NCBI GenBank assembly: GCA_030141605.1
Contig: JAQGDQ010000147.1
Span: 310,001 to 374,000, forward strand
Source: Tubiluchus corallicola
Lineage: Eukaryota > Animalia > Priapulida
Direction of reading: 5' to 3'
Length of the DNA stretch: 64,000 nucleotides
Shown here: piece by piece, positions 37,897-51,256 of the stretch
How the letters are laid out: every line of letters begins with the position of its first letter
How positions within the stretch are numbered: the first letter of the stretch is position 1
Position numbers and translations under genes: made by a program
The notes under the pieces: generated by a model
Databases searched by the model: none
Told to the model about the DNA's origin: nothing
The model's input: only the letters and a program-made list of their open reading frames with translations

Positions 37897-40361
37897 CTGA
37901 AAAGAAAAAAGAAATGCACTCAACAACAACGACTCTAATTTAATTACAATGTTTAAATTGATTAATTTGATTACAATGAATGATCACTAGCTGCTTGACA
38001 GCCAATTTCAGTTAGTTAATGAATCTCATACGAAATGTGTGTGAATAAATAAGAAAAAGTTGACAAGGTACGAACAAACCTACGATTTAAATTCTAAGCT
38101 TTGCGCTAAATACAGTGTGTTCTAAAAGAGCAGTGTACTAGCAAAAGCAATAAGCACGCCAATATACACAAGCCCAATAGTGTGGTCTACCAAGTTACAT
38201 GATACGAAAACAGAAATTATGCAAATATAATAATATTATTTTTACGTATTATGATGTCATAATAATAATTCCATAATGTTCATTTTGGAACATTTTCTTC
38301 AGCATATTTCTACTGCACTGTTTCTTTTGGAATATCCTGTACGACTGAACTTCATTGAACAGCGCCATGTAATTAATCAGCTGATACTGAAATTTGCACT
38401 ACAATTCGTATTACTCAAAATGAATGTAAAAAGATCGTGCTGTTAACATTAAAGGCGAGTTCACACTTAAACGACAATGTGAACTGTAAACGGTACCGGT
38501 AAACGGGTCATAAATCACAGATGGAGAGGCTACAGCATACAGATGATAGATGTTGTCGGGCTTTCAATTTTGTTTTGCTGTTTGCTAGACATACTCATTT
38601 CAAATGAAGCCATTGTGTACATGTGTATTTTGAAGCAATAATATTCGCAGTTATAACAATTGTGATTATCAGCTGTTGTCGCCACCACCACTGTTATTGT
38701 GGATAGGTTTACAATTATACTTAAAAGCACGTTGAATTCTTGGGCAAGTTTTATCACAGCTAATCCAGCAGCAATTACGGGATAATAAATTTTGGACTCA
38801 AAACCAGGTTTAGTCCTTTATAAATTCTCGAAAGGCTCTTAACTGAGTTAGCAGGCCAGTGATCACTGCTGTTATGGCTTCACAAAGTTTTGCTGTGAAC
38901 AAACGAGCAAGAAACCGTGAAGATTTTGCAGCATGGCCAGGCAATTCCCAACGGATGCAGAGCTGGAAATAAGTGCTCAATATTTCATGGACTGTGTTTA
39001 CAGCACTGCAAAACCAATAGTTGGTTATAGATTCTTAATGTTAATAAGAAAAATTGAGTAATTACCTATGAAACGACACCTTCTTTGGTAAACAAATTAT
39101 AAACTGCTTATTAGTTGTGTGCATTATTAGCATTATTTTTTTTTTCATCAATATAAGATTTTTGCAGCTAAAATTTGTTTAGCAGTAAAATAGAGACATT
39201 ATGATGATGAAACGTTATGCTTGGGCACATATACTTGATGTAGACGTAATCTGCTGGAAAGGTTAGAAAGAGTCAGATTTAGTCCTTTAGATTAATCACG
39301 TATACACTTTATTTTTTTAAGCAGTGGGAACTAATTTTATTGGTTTGTGCGTCAACTGAAATTTTTCCATCAATTGTCATCGAGCAATTAGCTCGAAGGT
39401 TTAAACGTTTATCTTCATATAACGTGCATAGTCTTAAGTGAAACAAATAAACCCTTTTCTGCAATGATTTAACAATTTCTTGTGTAGTCTAGTAAGTTAT
39501 ATATTTTCTGGATTGACAAAAAAGGTTACTAAACACGCCCGCATTCTTCATGTTTTGTTGTAGTTTGTTTACAGGTTTTACATTGTAACCGCTGTCAGAG
39601 AGCAAGAGTTTGTGAGAATGGGTCGGGTAGGTGAGGCTTAGCACGCGCCGCCGGTCTGAATGTTCCTTCTTTCTAACTGTAAAGTTAGAAGAACCTTTAT
39701 TTAGAAAATTGAGAAATTTTGGTATTCCTATCTGGCTGGCGTAATTTCACTTCCAGGGAAAACGGACTTTGAAGAAAGATCCGATAATTGTTAGAAATGA
39801 ATACGTAACCACAATTTCAAATTTCAGCAATAAATGAGGCAACATGACGGACAGTGATCGAGAGATCAGATATCAGCACGGAATTTTTTGGAGAAGTCAT
39901 CGAAGATACAATTGTATGTATTACCTTCACACACTGTTTAAAAATATAATCGTGGAAAGTTGCAACAATATCAGGCCTAGCGATTTATGCATGCAATTTT
40001 GGTGAATCGATTTCATTTAAGTCAAATCTTTTGTTGACTGAAGGAAGCAATTCGAAGGACCGAGACTCGTGTGTTTTACATTCGCTTCACACACGCAAGA
40101 CAGACGCTATTCGTCCACGATTGATTGACTGTGTTTGATCACAGAGTGTTTGAGTTTAAAAACTTGATGAAGGCACCCAAGTGCAATCTTTCTGCTCTTG
40201 CGCCAGTACACTGCCGTTTGTCAGACTTCTGTTAAAGGAAAAGCCGAGGCTTCCGGAAAAATGTAGCATTTCAGCAACAAAAGTGCGATAAGCGTTTTGT
40301 GTAATTAGCAAAATCACTTTAGAGCAGCAATCATTTCATGCTTGGGCGCGCTCATACTGAA

Positions 40362-40376
40362 CCAATAATGACGTCA
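40362..40376. promoter_or_regulatory. Adjacent CCAAT box and perfect CRE (TGACGTCA)
   Basis: ccaataatgacgtcat in a relatively CpG-rich patch; motif match only. Confidence 0.3.
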
Positions 40377-42343
40377 TGCGGCCAACATAAAAAAGCGACG
40401 TAAATGTATAATAACAAGTATTTATAGAAAGATAGATAGCTAGTTTTGCGGTATTTCTGAGCAAAATTAGGTAAGCTGCAAGAATTTGCATGGATTTTGA
40501 TCTTGACTTTTCCTTTACGCTTACTGCTCACTTTCCCTATTCGCATTCACATCTGTCTGACGGGCTTTTCTGGTCCTATTATATATATAGTTTTGTGTTT
40601 CTGCACTAAGGCCTCGCCCACATTCTGTCTGTTTTTAGGCACGGTAACATAATTATTTTTCAACAATGTGGAGACTATGATACACGTCTGTCTTTGTTCT
40701 ATTACGATTATTACTAGGAAAGCTTATGAACTTCGACATTTAGGCATAATCAATAATATTTAACATCAATGGTGTTCGTAAAAGCAATGCATTTTTAAAG
40801 CATGCGGCTATTACATGTTGTGTAGACTTGATTTTGCATAATACTTTAGTTCCAAGGCTCAAAATGTGGTATCGTCACGCATGTTTGTGGAAAAACGAAA
40901 GCACAAATAAAATCAGACCTATTTTTGTTACCGCGGACAGTTTACTCAGACTCGTTTGCGCCTTAAAGATTTACTCACATGGCCATGCTTACACTGTAAT
41001 GGGTGGGACATATTCATTGTTTATCAAATAACGGTTGTTTTATAATATTTCACGTTCTAAGTCACGTTCACACTGCAGCGGTTTGTTAATTAAACAATGC
41101 TTGAACTAGAATGGTTAAACAAAACAGTCTGGTTAAACTGTAAAGATTGATTCAAGCTAAACACACATAGTCTAATGACAAACGTTTGGTAGTAGGTCAG
41201 AAATTTTTGATCATTAAACAATCTCCAAAATTGTACATAATCGAGCAGAACAACTGTAAAATAAGTGTAGTCTGTAACTGCTGGATATACGTTACTCCAC
41301 GGGCATTTAGCAAGCAATGTGGCGTTTGAGAACTAATGCTTTATAGGTAAATACGAACATTAAGCGTAATGCCCCTTATTCATTTCTTGGGTGCTAAATG
41401 TGAAAAAAATCAATACTAATTGACGAATATCAAAATAATTAATATTATGTTATTGCTTAGTTAATCTATGACAATTATGTAAATCTTAATAACAATGGCA
41501 TAATGACATGTACATATATCACATGCACGCTGTATGATGCAGAGCACAGGTGTATTAAGGGAGACTAATTAGTCATAAAATCGTGCTCCACTTTTATGCA
41601 GTCATAAATCTAAACATAGTCGTTTAAGTGTTGAAATTAAATCTTCATAGCAATCTGCGATCAAACATCTCGCTTGGCTTATGCAGTTTCTTTTGAAGAC
41701 TAATTGCTTGCATGTGCACTATCAGAGAGACAACCTTGAATATTTTAGTAGGTCCATCATCATGTATCAGTTTCACTGACGTCAGCATCTTCAGTCGATC
41801 CAATTAAACTATTAGACATTACAGGTTACCTTGTTTGGTGCCCTAGTTTCACAAGATGCTAAACAGACAGTCTTTATAAGCTATTTATTATTACCGAAAG
41901 TGAGAAGTTTTAGTTCGTGATTAACAGAGCAACAGATATAGTTACTTTTGTTAAAATGGAGTTAGGGCTTATTTCAAGAACAACTGGATAATTAAAGCCT
42001 ACGTGCCTTGGCACAAAGTTCGTACTGTTAACTACGAGAAATTGTGGTTTATAAGACATTACTGTTTAAACTTAGTCAAAAAATCTGAATTGCAATATCT
42101 GATTTGTATTAGCATGCGATATACGGTGTACTCTCGACAAGGTGTGGATAGTGTGGTTAAGTGCTTTAACAAATGTATGGAATACAGACCTTTAAAGCTG
42201 TCACAAAAAAATTACAAAAAATTTTTGCACGGTATAGTTTTATAAAATTCAAACATCTTTATTTGTAAAAAATGTGTCAACACGTTTATGGCGCCATATA
42301 AACGATTTTTTACACGTTAATGTGATTAATGATTTGTTATGGT

Positions 42344-42508
42344 GATCATCATCATCATCATCATTATCGTCGTCATCATCATCATCACCGTCATCATCAA
42401 CACCATCACCACCACCACCACCACCATCATCACCACCATTACTACCACCAGCATCACCACCACCATCATCATCGTCATCGTCATCACCATCTTCGTTATC
42501 ACCATTAC
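42344..42508 (+). repeat. (CAT/CAC)n microsatellite
   Basis: direct reading. Confidence 0.95.
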
Positions 42509-45500
42509 TGGTATTCGTTTTATTTTTGTTCTCGGGGCCGCTTATCTGTTAGAGTTGAAAATGGATGTCTTGTTTGTTAGTTTAAATAATTTACCAATGA
42601 GCCTTGGGCAGATTGTTAAATAAATCAGTTGGCTACTCGCTTGAATTCAAGGCTTTCAAGCAGAACAGGGAAACTCTCTCAAGGATTTTATCTGTCAGAA
42701 TTTCTTCTGAATCCACCGAGAAATAAACGAAACTGGAGATTCGCTCATACAAACGATTTTCGGTGCGCTTGAGTGGGGCGCCTTTTCGTACGAGCTCTCG
42801 GAAGCCATTATGTGCTGTCGTGCTGGACAGGTTTCGATTCGGAAATCAGAAATTTGATTGGAAACTCTAATTTAAATTAATACGGAAGTATATCAAGTAT
42901 GAAATACACCTGTCACATATAAGTAGGTCAAAAACAACTTCAAAGTACACCACGAAATGATTTCATCGCAACAACAACAACAAATAACAACAAAAAACGG
43001 TAAATAATGCTGTATCGAAATAAAAATGCATTGTTTCAGTCCAAATGCAGTTCAATGTGATCGTAAACTGGAAGACTTGGGGTGGTTTTCAATGGGAAAA
43101 TGAGTTTTTGAGCAATACTCAAAATGAAACGAACAGTTGGTTTTGTATAAAATGAAGCTCTTTCGGAGAAGTTGAACTATCACGACGGACAAGAGTCTAG
43201 TGAGTTTAGCAATAAAATTTTTGAGATTTTTCTATTGTCACGAAAAAATTGCTTACTTGTCTTCACAAATTTTTTTTGTTTTGCTGATATTGAATTTCTA
43301 TTTACCATTTCAGAGGTAGAAAGTATCTGGTCCTCAATTATTTCAGCCAATTAATTTCACGGTTTGAAAATTGATGATAAAGCTCGACAGTTTCTCAAAT
43401 TTATGTTTTGATGCCAGGATAAAACATTCATATGTGTCAGGATGCAGACACAATTCATTTCATTTTCTGTCGACCATTTATTACCAGGGTTCTTATTTCC
43501 CGCAAAAATTGGTCAGCTACCGAGCTGCACTTTGGTCAGAAATAAAAATTATCGAGTTATCTGCATACACAAGTAATTTAGATAACTCTAATAAAAATAC
43601 TGTAACATTTCAATAATACAATAAAAGAGCTAGAACAGGCTCTTGTGAGACCAGTCACAGTCCACGTCACCCGTGTAATACCCATTTCACCTAGGTGCAT
43701 AATATAATACTGTTTATAGCACTATCATTTGTCACGTATAGGCTTAAGCAAAGCACTTCAATTTTTCGATTGTAGACTAATTAGCTTGGGCGGTTTGACT
43801 GCTGGTTCGTTAGTTGGTCCGCTAGTTAGTCAGTTTTTGATTGTTGATTAGTCAGTGAGTTGGCTTGGTTATTTGTGGTTGAATGGGTGGGTGACTGGTA
43901 GATTAGTTGGCTATTTAGTGGTTGATTTCGCGACTGGCTGACGTCGTGTCAGTTTATGATTTATTAGCTAGCTGGTTGCTTTAGGCTACCTTAAAAGTAG
44001 TAGTTGAACAAAATGCTTGTGCTCTATAGTAGAAATTTCTGAAATTCCGCCGTAACGTTTTCATTATGCAAATTTGCTTTATCGAAGCGAATACACACTC
44101 GAGCGTTTACTTTGCGAATTGACTCAACTTTTGATGAGTTATTTGATATGGCTAATATCCATTATTATTATTATAAACCGACTTATAATAACGCTGTAGT
44201 CGGTCAGGGAAGGAAAGGCAAGATATTTTTCTGGCACGTCTTGTGTAACAGTGAGTCTCTGGGTGTTACACCAAACGGCGTTGACAGTTTAGCATCATAT
44301 TCAGTGCTTATGCAACTGCTTATGCGTTAATTTGTTTCTTTTACGAACGCACAGATGAAATTTATTTCGCTAATCTATTGCAACATCAAAATCGACTAAG
44401 CTCGTTTACTTTCTACACAACAGATGCACATTCTGTTCGGGGGAGCAGTCTTCATGCAAATCTTTCCATTATAAGCACTAAATTTTTGTGTAACACTTAG
44501 TAGAGCGTCAGTTAACTCGGCACTGGAAAATATAAATTGAAGAAATCATCTTCCAAACTAATTGACGCTGTAAGGAATGGCTTTCTTCAAAAAGGGACGT
44601 TATATTGATGCAGTAACGTATCCTACTCACAAGGGCCTTAAAAGTTGAGAAAAGAAATTGATGGCTTAGTTTATCATTTCGTAATTATTACACAAGGAGA
44701 AGACACTTAATAGGATACCGGGCAAGAAGTCAACAGCATTAAAAGACATTTTCGTTTAATCATCAATGGCCACATCTTTTAAGTGGCTTCATGTACATTA
44801 ATGAGTTTGAATCACGATATGCACTTGATGTTGTTTAAAACACTGGCCCATGATAGATATTTTCGATTCAACGACGCTCAGTCTCTCTGTACAGAAAATG
44901 TTTTCTTACAACTTTATATGGGTTTAACCAAGTTCAAAGTCTCACGTAACCTATAAGATTCTAAGAATTATAAATGTGCAACTTTTTCATTTTCTGTCTT
45001 CTGTATTAGTAAAATTCGCATCACTGTTTGCTGGCAAGGAAAAAGATACGACGTGGAATTGGAAGCAATAATTATTCATATGATGTTATAAAGTAATATA
45101 ATGTGCATATGCATGATTGTTCAGGGCAATGTGTGATTATGCAAACTCATAGCCGAAGACCGTAAATCAGGGGGTTTCCCCAATGTTTTGTCAAAACTTC
45201 AAACGTTTCTGTAAGAGTTATGCGCGATTGCTTTTACATGCTATAGCATACAGTATGGTAAATAAATAGTGCGAGTAACGCTGCGTGCAGAAGTTGTGAT
45301 TTTTAAGCACATTAATTTTTAATCATCTTAATAATTAAACATTATCCTGATACCACCAGGGAGGTGATATGGCTGAGTTGTTTTTTGTGTGCTTAGTAGC
45401 AAAAATTAAATAGTGCTTATTCTAGTTGATAAATGGATGGGCGAGTGCCAGGAAAACTGTTTCTGGTCGGTTTTATATGCCGTCGTAACCTACCTCACCG

Positions 45501-47284
45501 AGAGAGTGTATACAAGTGCGCTAAGGCACTGCTATCGACTCTTGTCTGCCCAGATTCAGTTTTTCTGTTTGGCACCCCCCAATTTATTAACTAGATCTGA
45601 TGTTGCTTAACTTTGCCACCGAGCACACATTGCGAACACTTAGCTGTTTATCAGTAAAATGATAATTAAAAACTAATCAAGAAACCAAAAAATGTTGGAT
45701 ACCAAAATATATACATAGTTTAATGATACCGGAGAGAGCTGCCACTGACCGATAATCCCGTCAATCACTGGATTCAGTAGATTGCTATAAGTGGACTTAA
45801 TAAATAATGGACCTAATAAACTGTGTTTTATCAAGGGCTAGTTTGTAGTAATAACACTGTGGATAATTCTATGCGCTAGCAGTAATATTAAACCCACGAA
45901 ATGTTGTTAAACGGATTTCCATTATAAAATTTGATAAAACAAGGTGCATTACACATAAGCAGGAGCTTCTGAGAAAGCCTAAAGGCACTGCGGTAATTCC
46001 ATTGCGCCTGTTATTAAGTAAGGCCTATACTAAAGCTTCATAATAAATTAGGAATCATTAGGAACCTTCAAAGCAGGCCAACCTCGGGAAATCATTCTTT
46101 TCTGCTTTTCAAATAGCTGTAGCGCCGACACAAAGTAGTAATTATTACGGTACTGTGCTACTTAAAGGGAAAACAGAAATGTTAGGATAGTCTAAAAAAA
46201 GTCAAATACTGATTAAACTTGCTCTTTCTACTTTTCAAAAATTACAAGGTTGTTAATTACATCGAAACTAATAAGCGAGAAAAGTACGACTGCAATTTTC
46301 ATTTGAGCTATTCATATTAAATCACCAGGTACCAAGTGTGCAATAGAGCTAGAAAATTAGACCACTCAAGTAATTATAGTGTAGCAGTTTAGTTGAAAAC
46401 TGCAAATGACTTTACACTACGCTTAGTCTTACACCTCAGCACTACTAATAGGGAATGTCAGAGCTGCACCCCAGGTCTACGTGGTGTTCCTATTGGTTGC
46501 CATCCTTCCATTACATTTCCCTGGTCTACATTTCACGATTTAGCTTAAGACAGCTAGGTAGAAAGTAACCAGTTGCAATGTTTTAAGAGGTGAATAACTG
46601 AATATTCTGAGGAGATTTTAAAATGATCATTGGTTACTTGGTGAGCTTACTTGGTACCCATAACAAAATAATTAGAATTCAGTTCACTTCACTTCAGTTT
46701 TTCTTAAAAGCTATTCCGCTATGAGCTTTTAATAGCTCTTAAAATATCTGACGGAAACATATAAAGTTGTCACTAATTATTTTATACCATTTGTTTGTTT
46801 AGTGCGAAAATATAGTGCGAAACTGTTCATTCTAAGGATGTCGTGTGGCTTTTTTCGTAGACCTTCATTTGTGATCATTAGGCTATGTCGCTTATTAGTC
46901 GAAAAATACTTGGTTTCACTATGTGCCTGACTAAATTAAGCGGCTTAATTCTTCTAATCACAGTATCCCATTTACTATAACCAATTCCAGAGCCTACCGC
47001 AGCACCATTCTCAATAAATTAACTAGAACACTAAACTGCAATAATTTTACTGATTCCGGTCTTCTACGTTTCTACAGTACAATCTAATTTAATTTTGTTT
47101 TAAAGTTCGCTGGCCTGTTTGTGTCTTGACGAAGTTTTAAACTGTTGCAGTTTCGGGGCATTGATAAAGCTTTCTCGTAAAATGAGAAGCTCGCAGGAGC
47201 GACCAGGAGATGCTGAACGGCCTTGAGCTGCTTAACGGCCGGCGTCCGATTCAATGATGAATCACCGAAGAGGACACCGGATTC

Positions 47285-47482
47285 AAGTAGCAACATAAAC
47301 AGCAGCAATAGTAGAAGCAGTAGTACACTCTATAAGAGTAGTACCGATAGCAACACCAACAGTAGCACCAGCAGTGACAACAGCAGTAGTACACTTGTAG
47401 CATGTAACAGCAGTACATGTAGCAGCAGCAGCAGCAAAAACAACAGTAAGACCAGTACCAATATAGCAGCAGCAACAGTAAT
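47285..47482 (+). repeat. Degenerate (AGC/AGT/AAC)n trinucleotide repeat
   Basis: direct reading. Confidence 0.85.
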
Positions 47483-48809
47483 GGTATTGATAGCATACGT
47501 CGCTGCAGATAGCTAGTAACTAATTAAATCTACATCCGGTGGCTAAATAGGAATGAACGCAACAGTTATTGAATTTTTGAATTTCAAACTTTTTGACATT
47601 TTTTTTATTCCGGTCCCCAAGAGTGTGCCAGCTATCTAGTCATCAGCAAATTTCTAACAACCTTTTTGCTCAATTGAGATTTTAGAGATAAACTCCCAAA
47701 GGCAAGAGTTTAATTGAAACTATCCTGTGGCTTTTCCATCTCAGTGACTTCCCAGTTGGGAAAAGATGGATAGACGATAACGATCTTGTAAGCTTAGTTA
47801 ATTTGTAACTAAATTTGGTGGTAGTAACACACATGAACCATGTATGGTCATTTTAACACACACCATGCCATTTTCACACGTTAATTGTTTTAAATGCGGC
47901 TGACCAGAGCTGCGTCAGAGCCTTGATCGTACACGTGGTGCTAAATATTTTTTATTGGTCAGTGTTCATTCGTTGTATGTTAGAGTGCATGAATTCTAGC
48001 TAAATGCTAGTCGCAACATTGATTCTTGTTAAAATTCTCTGTTAATGATAAACAAAACTGACATCTGTGCTCAGTGAAAAACAGACAGAGACCGAAGTGA
48101 TCTATGACAACCATTTTTCTTTAAAAGAGCTTCATCTTTTAATTTTGCTGACACCGGGTTCAAATTGTAACTAAGAAACATTATTTTTTACTTTTATTAG
48201 AAGACTTTATGCTTTGAGCTATTAAAAATCCCCAGTGAAAAACGCTTTGCAAACTAGATCTTCAAAGTTTGCACATTACTGTAATATTGTATAATGACAA
48301 GGAATCTACAGCGATATACTTCAAAATAAGTTAACCGTTGCCGTCCCCGTTGCAACCTATCGGAATACGTCATATTCACTATACATCGTTGAGTTACTTG
48401 CGTAAGACAAAAATACAGAAGTTTTCTGAAAACCTGTCAATATTGCATCTCAAGACGTCAGTAACGATGGCTTGCCTGTCACACGTGTCTCGGAAGATTT
48501 CAGCGAAAGGTTAAAAGTGAAGCTTGATTGTTGTGGCTGGAAAGGTCACTCTGGCATTTACTCTCGCCATTGTTTTAATAACCATCGTTGAAACATTCAA
48601 ACGTTTGGAATTATACGCTTTGAATGAACTCTGAAGTTACATGATGTTTTATAACTTCACTGACAATATTAACAGATGGCGACACTGGTATAAAACTACT
48701 CAAATGATTTTTGATTGTTGCTCCAGTGTTGTAACAGAGTTGTACTCCCATACACCGCACACTAAAATTTTGCATGTTGTAGCATAAACATAAGCCATAA
48801 ACATTAAAC

Positions 48810-48990
48810 AAAGGGTCACTGGTTCGAATTCAATAGCATTCATACTTTTCGGCGGTAATTTAATGGTATCTCCTATGGGCAAGCCAGTAGTTTGACCAGA
48901 AATCAACCTCAAACTCCTGTAAAAGTTACATAATGTTGAGGATGACAGGAGAATTCATTGACCCGTTTGCAACTTCATATCGAAGGACAT
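48810..48990 (+). mobile_element. tRNA-derived SINE-like remnant
   Basis: B-box GGTTCGAATTC followed by a gggcaagcca CORE-like segment. Confidence 0.4.
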
Positions 48991-49454
48991 AGAGAGAGAA
49001 GGGTGCAGAAGCTAATCAATGTTAAGAGGTTAGGCAATTAGATGAGGTATAATTATGGTAATCGTTTCTGATTGTTGCCGTCTCTGCTCACTGATTACTT
49101 CATTGATTGTGAAGAATTATTATAGTGTTAGTTCCGCGAACGCTACTATTAATCTTCTTGTCTGGATTCATTGAAGTTTGTTAACTATACTGATTCATGT
49201 TACTGGTTTCTAAATACCGACACTTTGTTCAAATTACTCCTCGTAACCTAGTTCTGCTGCGCATAGCTTACCCTCTTTGTTTCTCTTAAAACTGTAACCT
49301 CGTCTGATTTAAGAAGAACATGAACAGATACTGTCTATTGGTAGTAAATTCATCGTTTGAATTACATTATTCTGAATATGTATTCATACTTTCATCTTTT
49401 AGGCTACCAGAGAACGTTGATTGTAGCCCTTTTATCTTAAGATCCTTTGATATC

Positions 49455-49860
49455 TCCCCTTAATTGTGGAGAAAACAAGGATCTCCCTATTTTTGTCGGT
49501 TGTTTTGCTTGTACATTAATCCACTAGTGCGAGCTCTGAAGGATTCCGGGCTGAATGGCTGGCTAGAAAAAACTTGCATGCATTATTCTTTATCGACGAT
49601 GCAGGCCTTAATGGTAACTTCTGGTCAACAATGTTCGGATAAATTAAGGGTATCTGCTAGATTTTTGTACAGAATTTGATGTGGATATCAACGCAGCCAG
49701 GACTGAGTTCACGGTTGTTAACGGCAGTAATCAGAATCGAAGTCAGCTTGTTATCGATGGATTAACTGTAAAGCATACTTCTCATTATATATCTAACCTA
49801 TATATAATTAATTACTGCTTGTGGAAAAGCAAGTACAATGGTCTCAAAGCATTTGGAGAT
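49455..49860 (+). mobile_element. Decayed LINE reverse-transcriptase fragment
   Basis: KQGSP..LFCLYINPL followed by frameshifted LFFIDDA (YADD-like). Confidence 0.65.
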
Positions 49861-51175
49861 TAAAGACCAACTTTAAAAGGGTTAAACCAAATCGTACCCA
49901 ATCTTAAACTGTAGGTCAAAACAATCTACTCTTTAAAATATTGAAATGTAACACACTATTTCTTCAAAAATGACTTAGTGAAAGAATTATTACCACACAA
50001 ACACAATTTCACGTTCGAGCCACTAGTTCTTCGCTGTTACATGCGTTTTGCCATTCGCTAGTTAGACTAGCACTAGAGCCTGCAATTCGGAAACGCAATG
50101 CATAAGAAACAGGTGCTGTACCTCTCAGTTCAGTTGTGTTAGTTTGTGACGAACTACATACGTTCGACAGCTCATGCGTGAGCACAGCGGTAAATTTGAA
50201 ATTTGAATTCTTATCTTAAAACTTGTCTAGTTTTAGTACAACACACTGAATATCTTACAGTAGATGTCTTGGAAATGGGGTAGTATTTGAAAATTCGCCT
50301 TGTCTTCCTTTAATATGACAACAAGTTTCACGCTTTTCTGAACAAAAATAGTGATTTCTTTTTTGGATGAAAGTAGGTCCTGGACAGCGCTTTTCTGGCT
50401 GGCGTCTTTTAGAACATAGAAACCTGAACCTCCAATTTGAGGTGTATTATGACAGAGTCAACCGTATCTAGAACTGTTGAAGTCTCTTTTATCTGTGAGG
50501 GTAAGCACGTGCTGACAGAAAGTGGTTATTCTTCATTTAAAGCGTGACACATAGAACGCCCGATAAATATGTGGTCAAAACTATCTTTGAACCCTTCAAA
50601 GTGACTGCATTGAACCTTAACAGAGCTGTTAACGGACAGTTGTCGACATATTTAGAAGAATTATCGAGTAATAAAACGATTTTCCTAGAAGTGAGTAAGC
50701 AAGCGATCATTGCATCTATTGAAATGAGTGATTCCACTAAGCTAAGCACCTAACGTATAGATTGTTTAACACAGATTTAAAGACTACTACGATATCACTT
50801 GGAACCTATGAATGCATCGTAATTGCTTTTACGAGGCTTAGTCAGCAGTCTTGCTATCCAAACAGACATTCACATTATTAGTCAATGTCTAATAACGGTA
50901 CAAATTAGGAATAATTATCGGAATATACACTTCCCATACTGAGCATATTTTTTTAAAAAATGGCTAAGTTTATGTCATTTGCTTTGATATATTACATAAA
51001 CTTGACAGTGACTAATAACACTTCACCTTTTGCTTAGCTGATATGTTTTTTTTACTTTGTAAACTAACGTCGCCTTACCCACAAGCAATATAAATTTGGT
51101 GGATTAAAATTTGTTATTTTTCTGATTGTCCAAATATTGTATAAGAAAAATTGGTCATAAATATATTACTACTGC

Positions 51176-51256
51176 GTAATTTTTTAATTATGAATTTTAT
51201 ATCTGAAATAAAGAGTTATGTAATTTCTTAATTATGAATTTTATATCTGAAATAAA
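51176..51256 (+). repeat. ~43-bp tandem duplication
   Basis: taattatgaattttatatctgaaataaa x2. Confidence 0.9.

Noticed and set aside
50544-50753. 69-aa ORF with protein-like composition
   Set aside because: No ATG, no linked splice sites and no recognisable motif.
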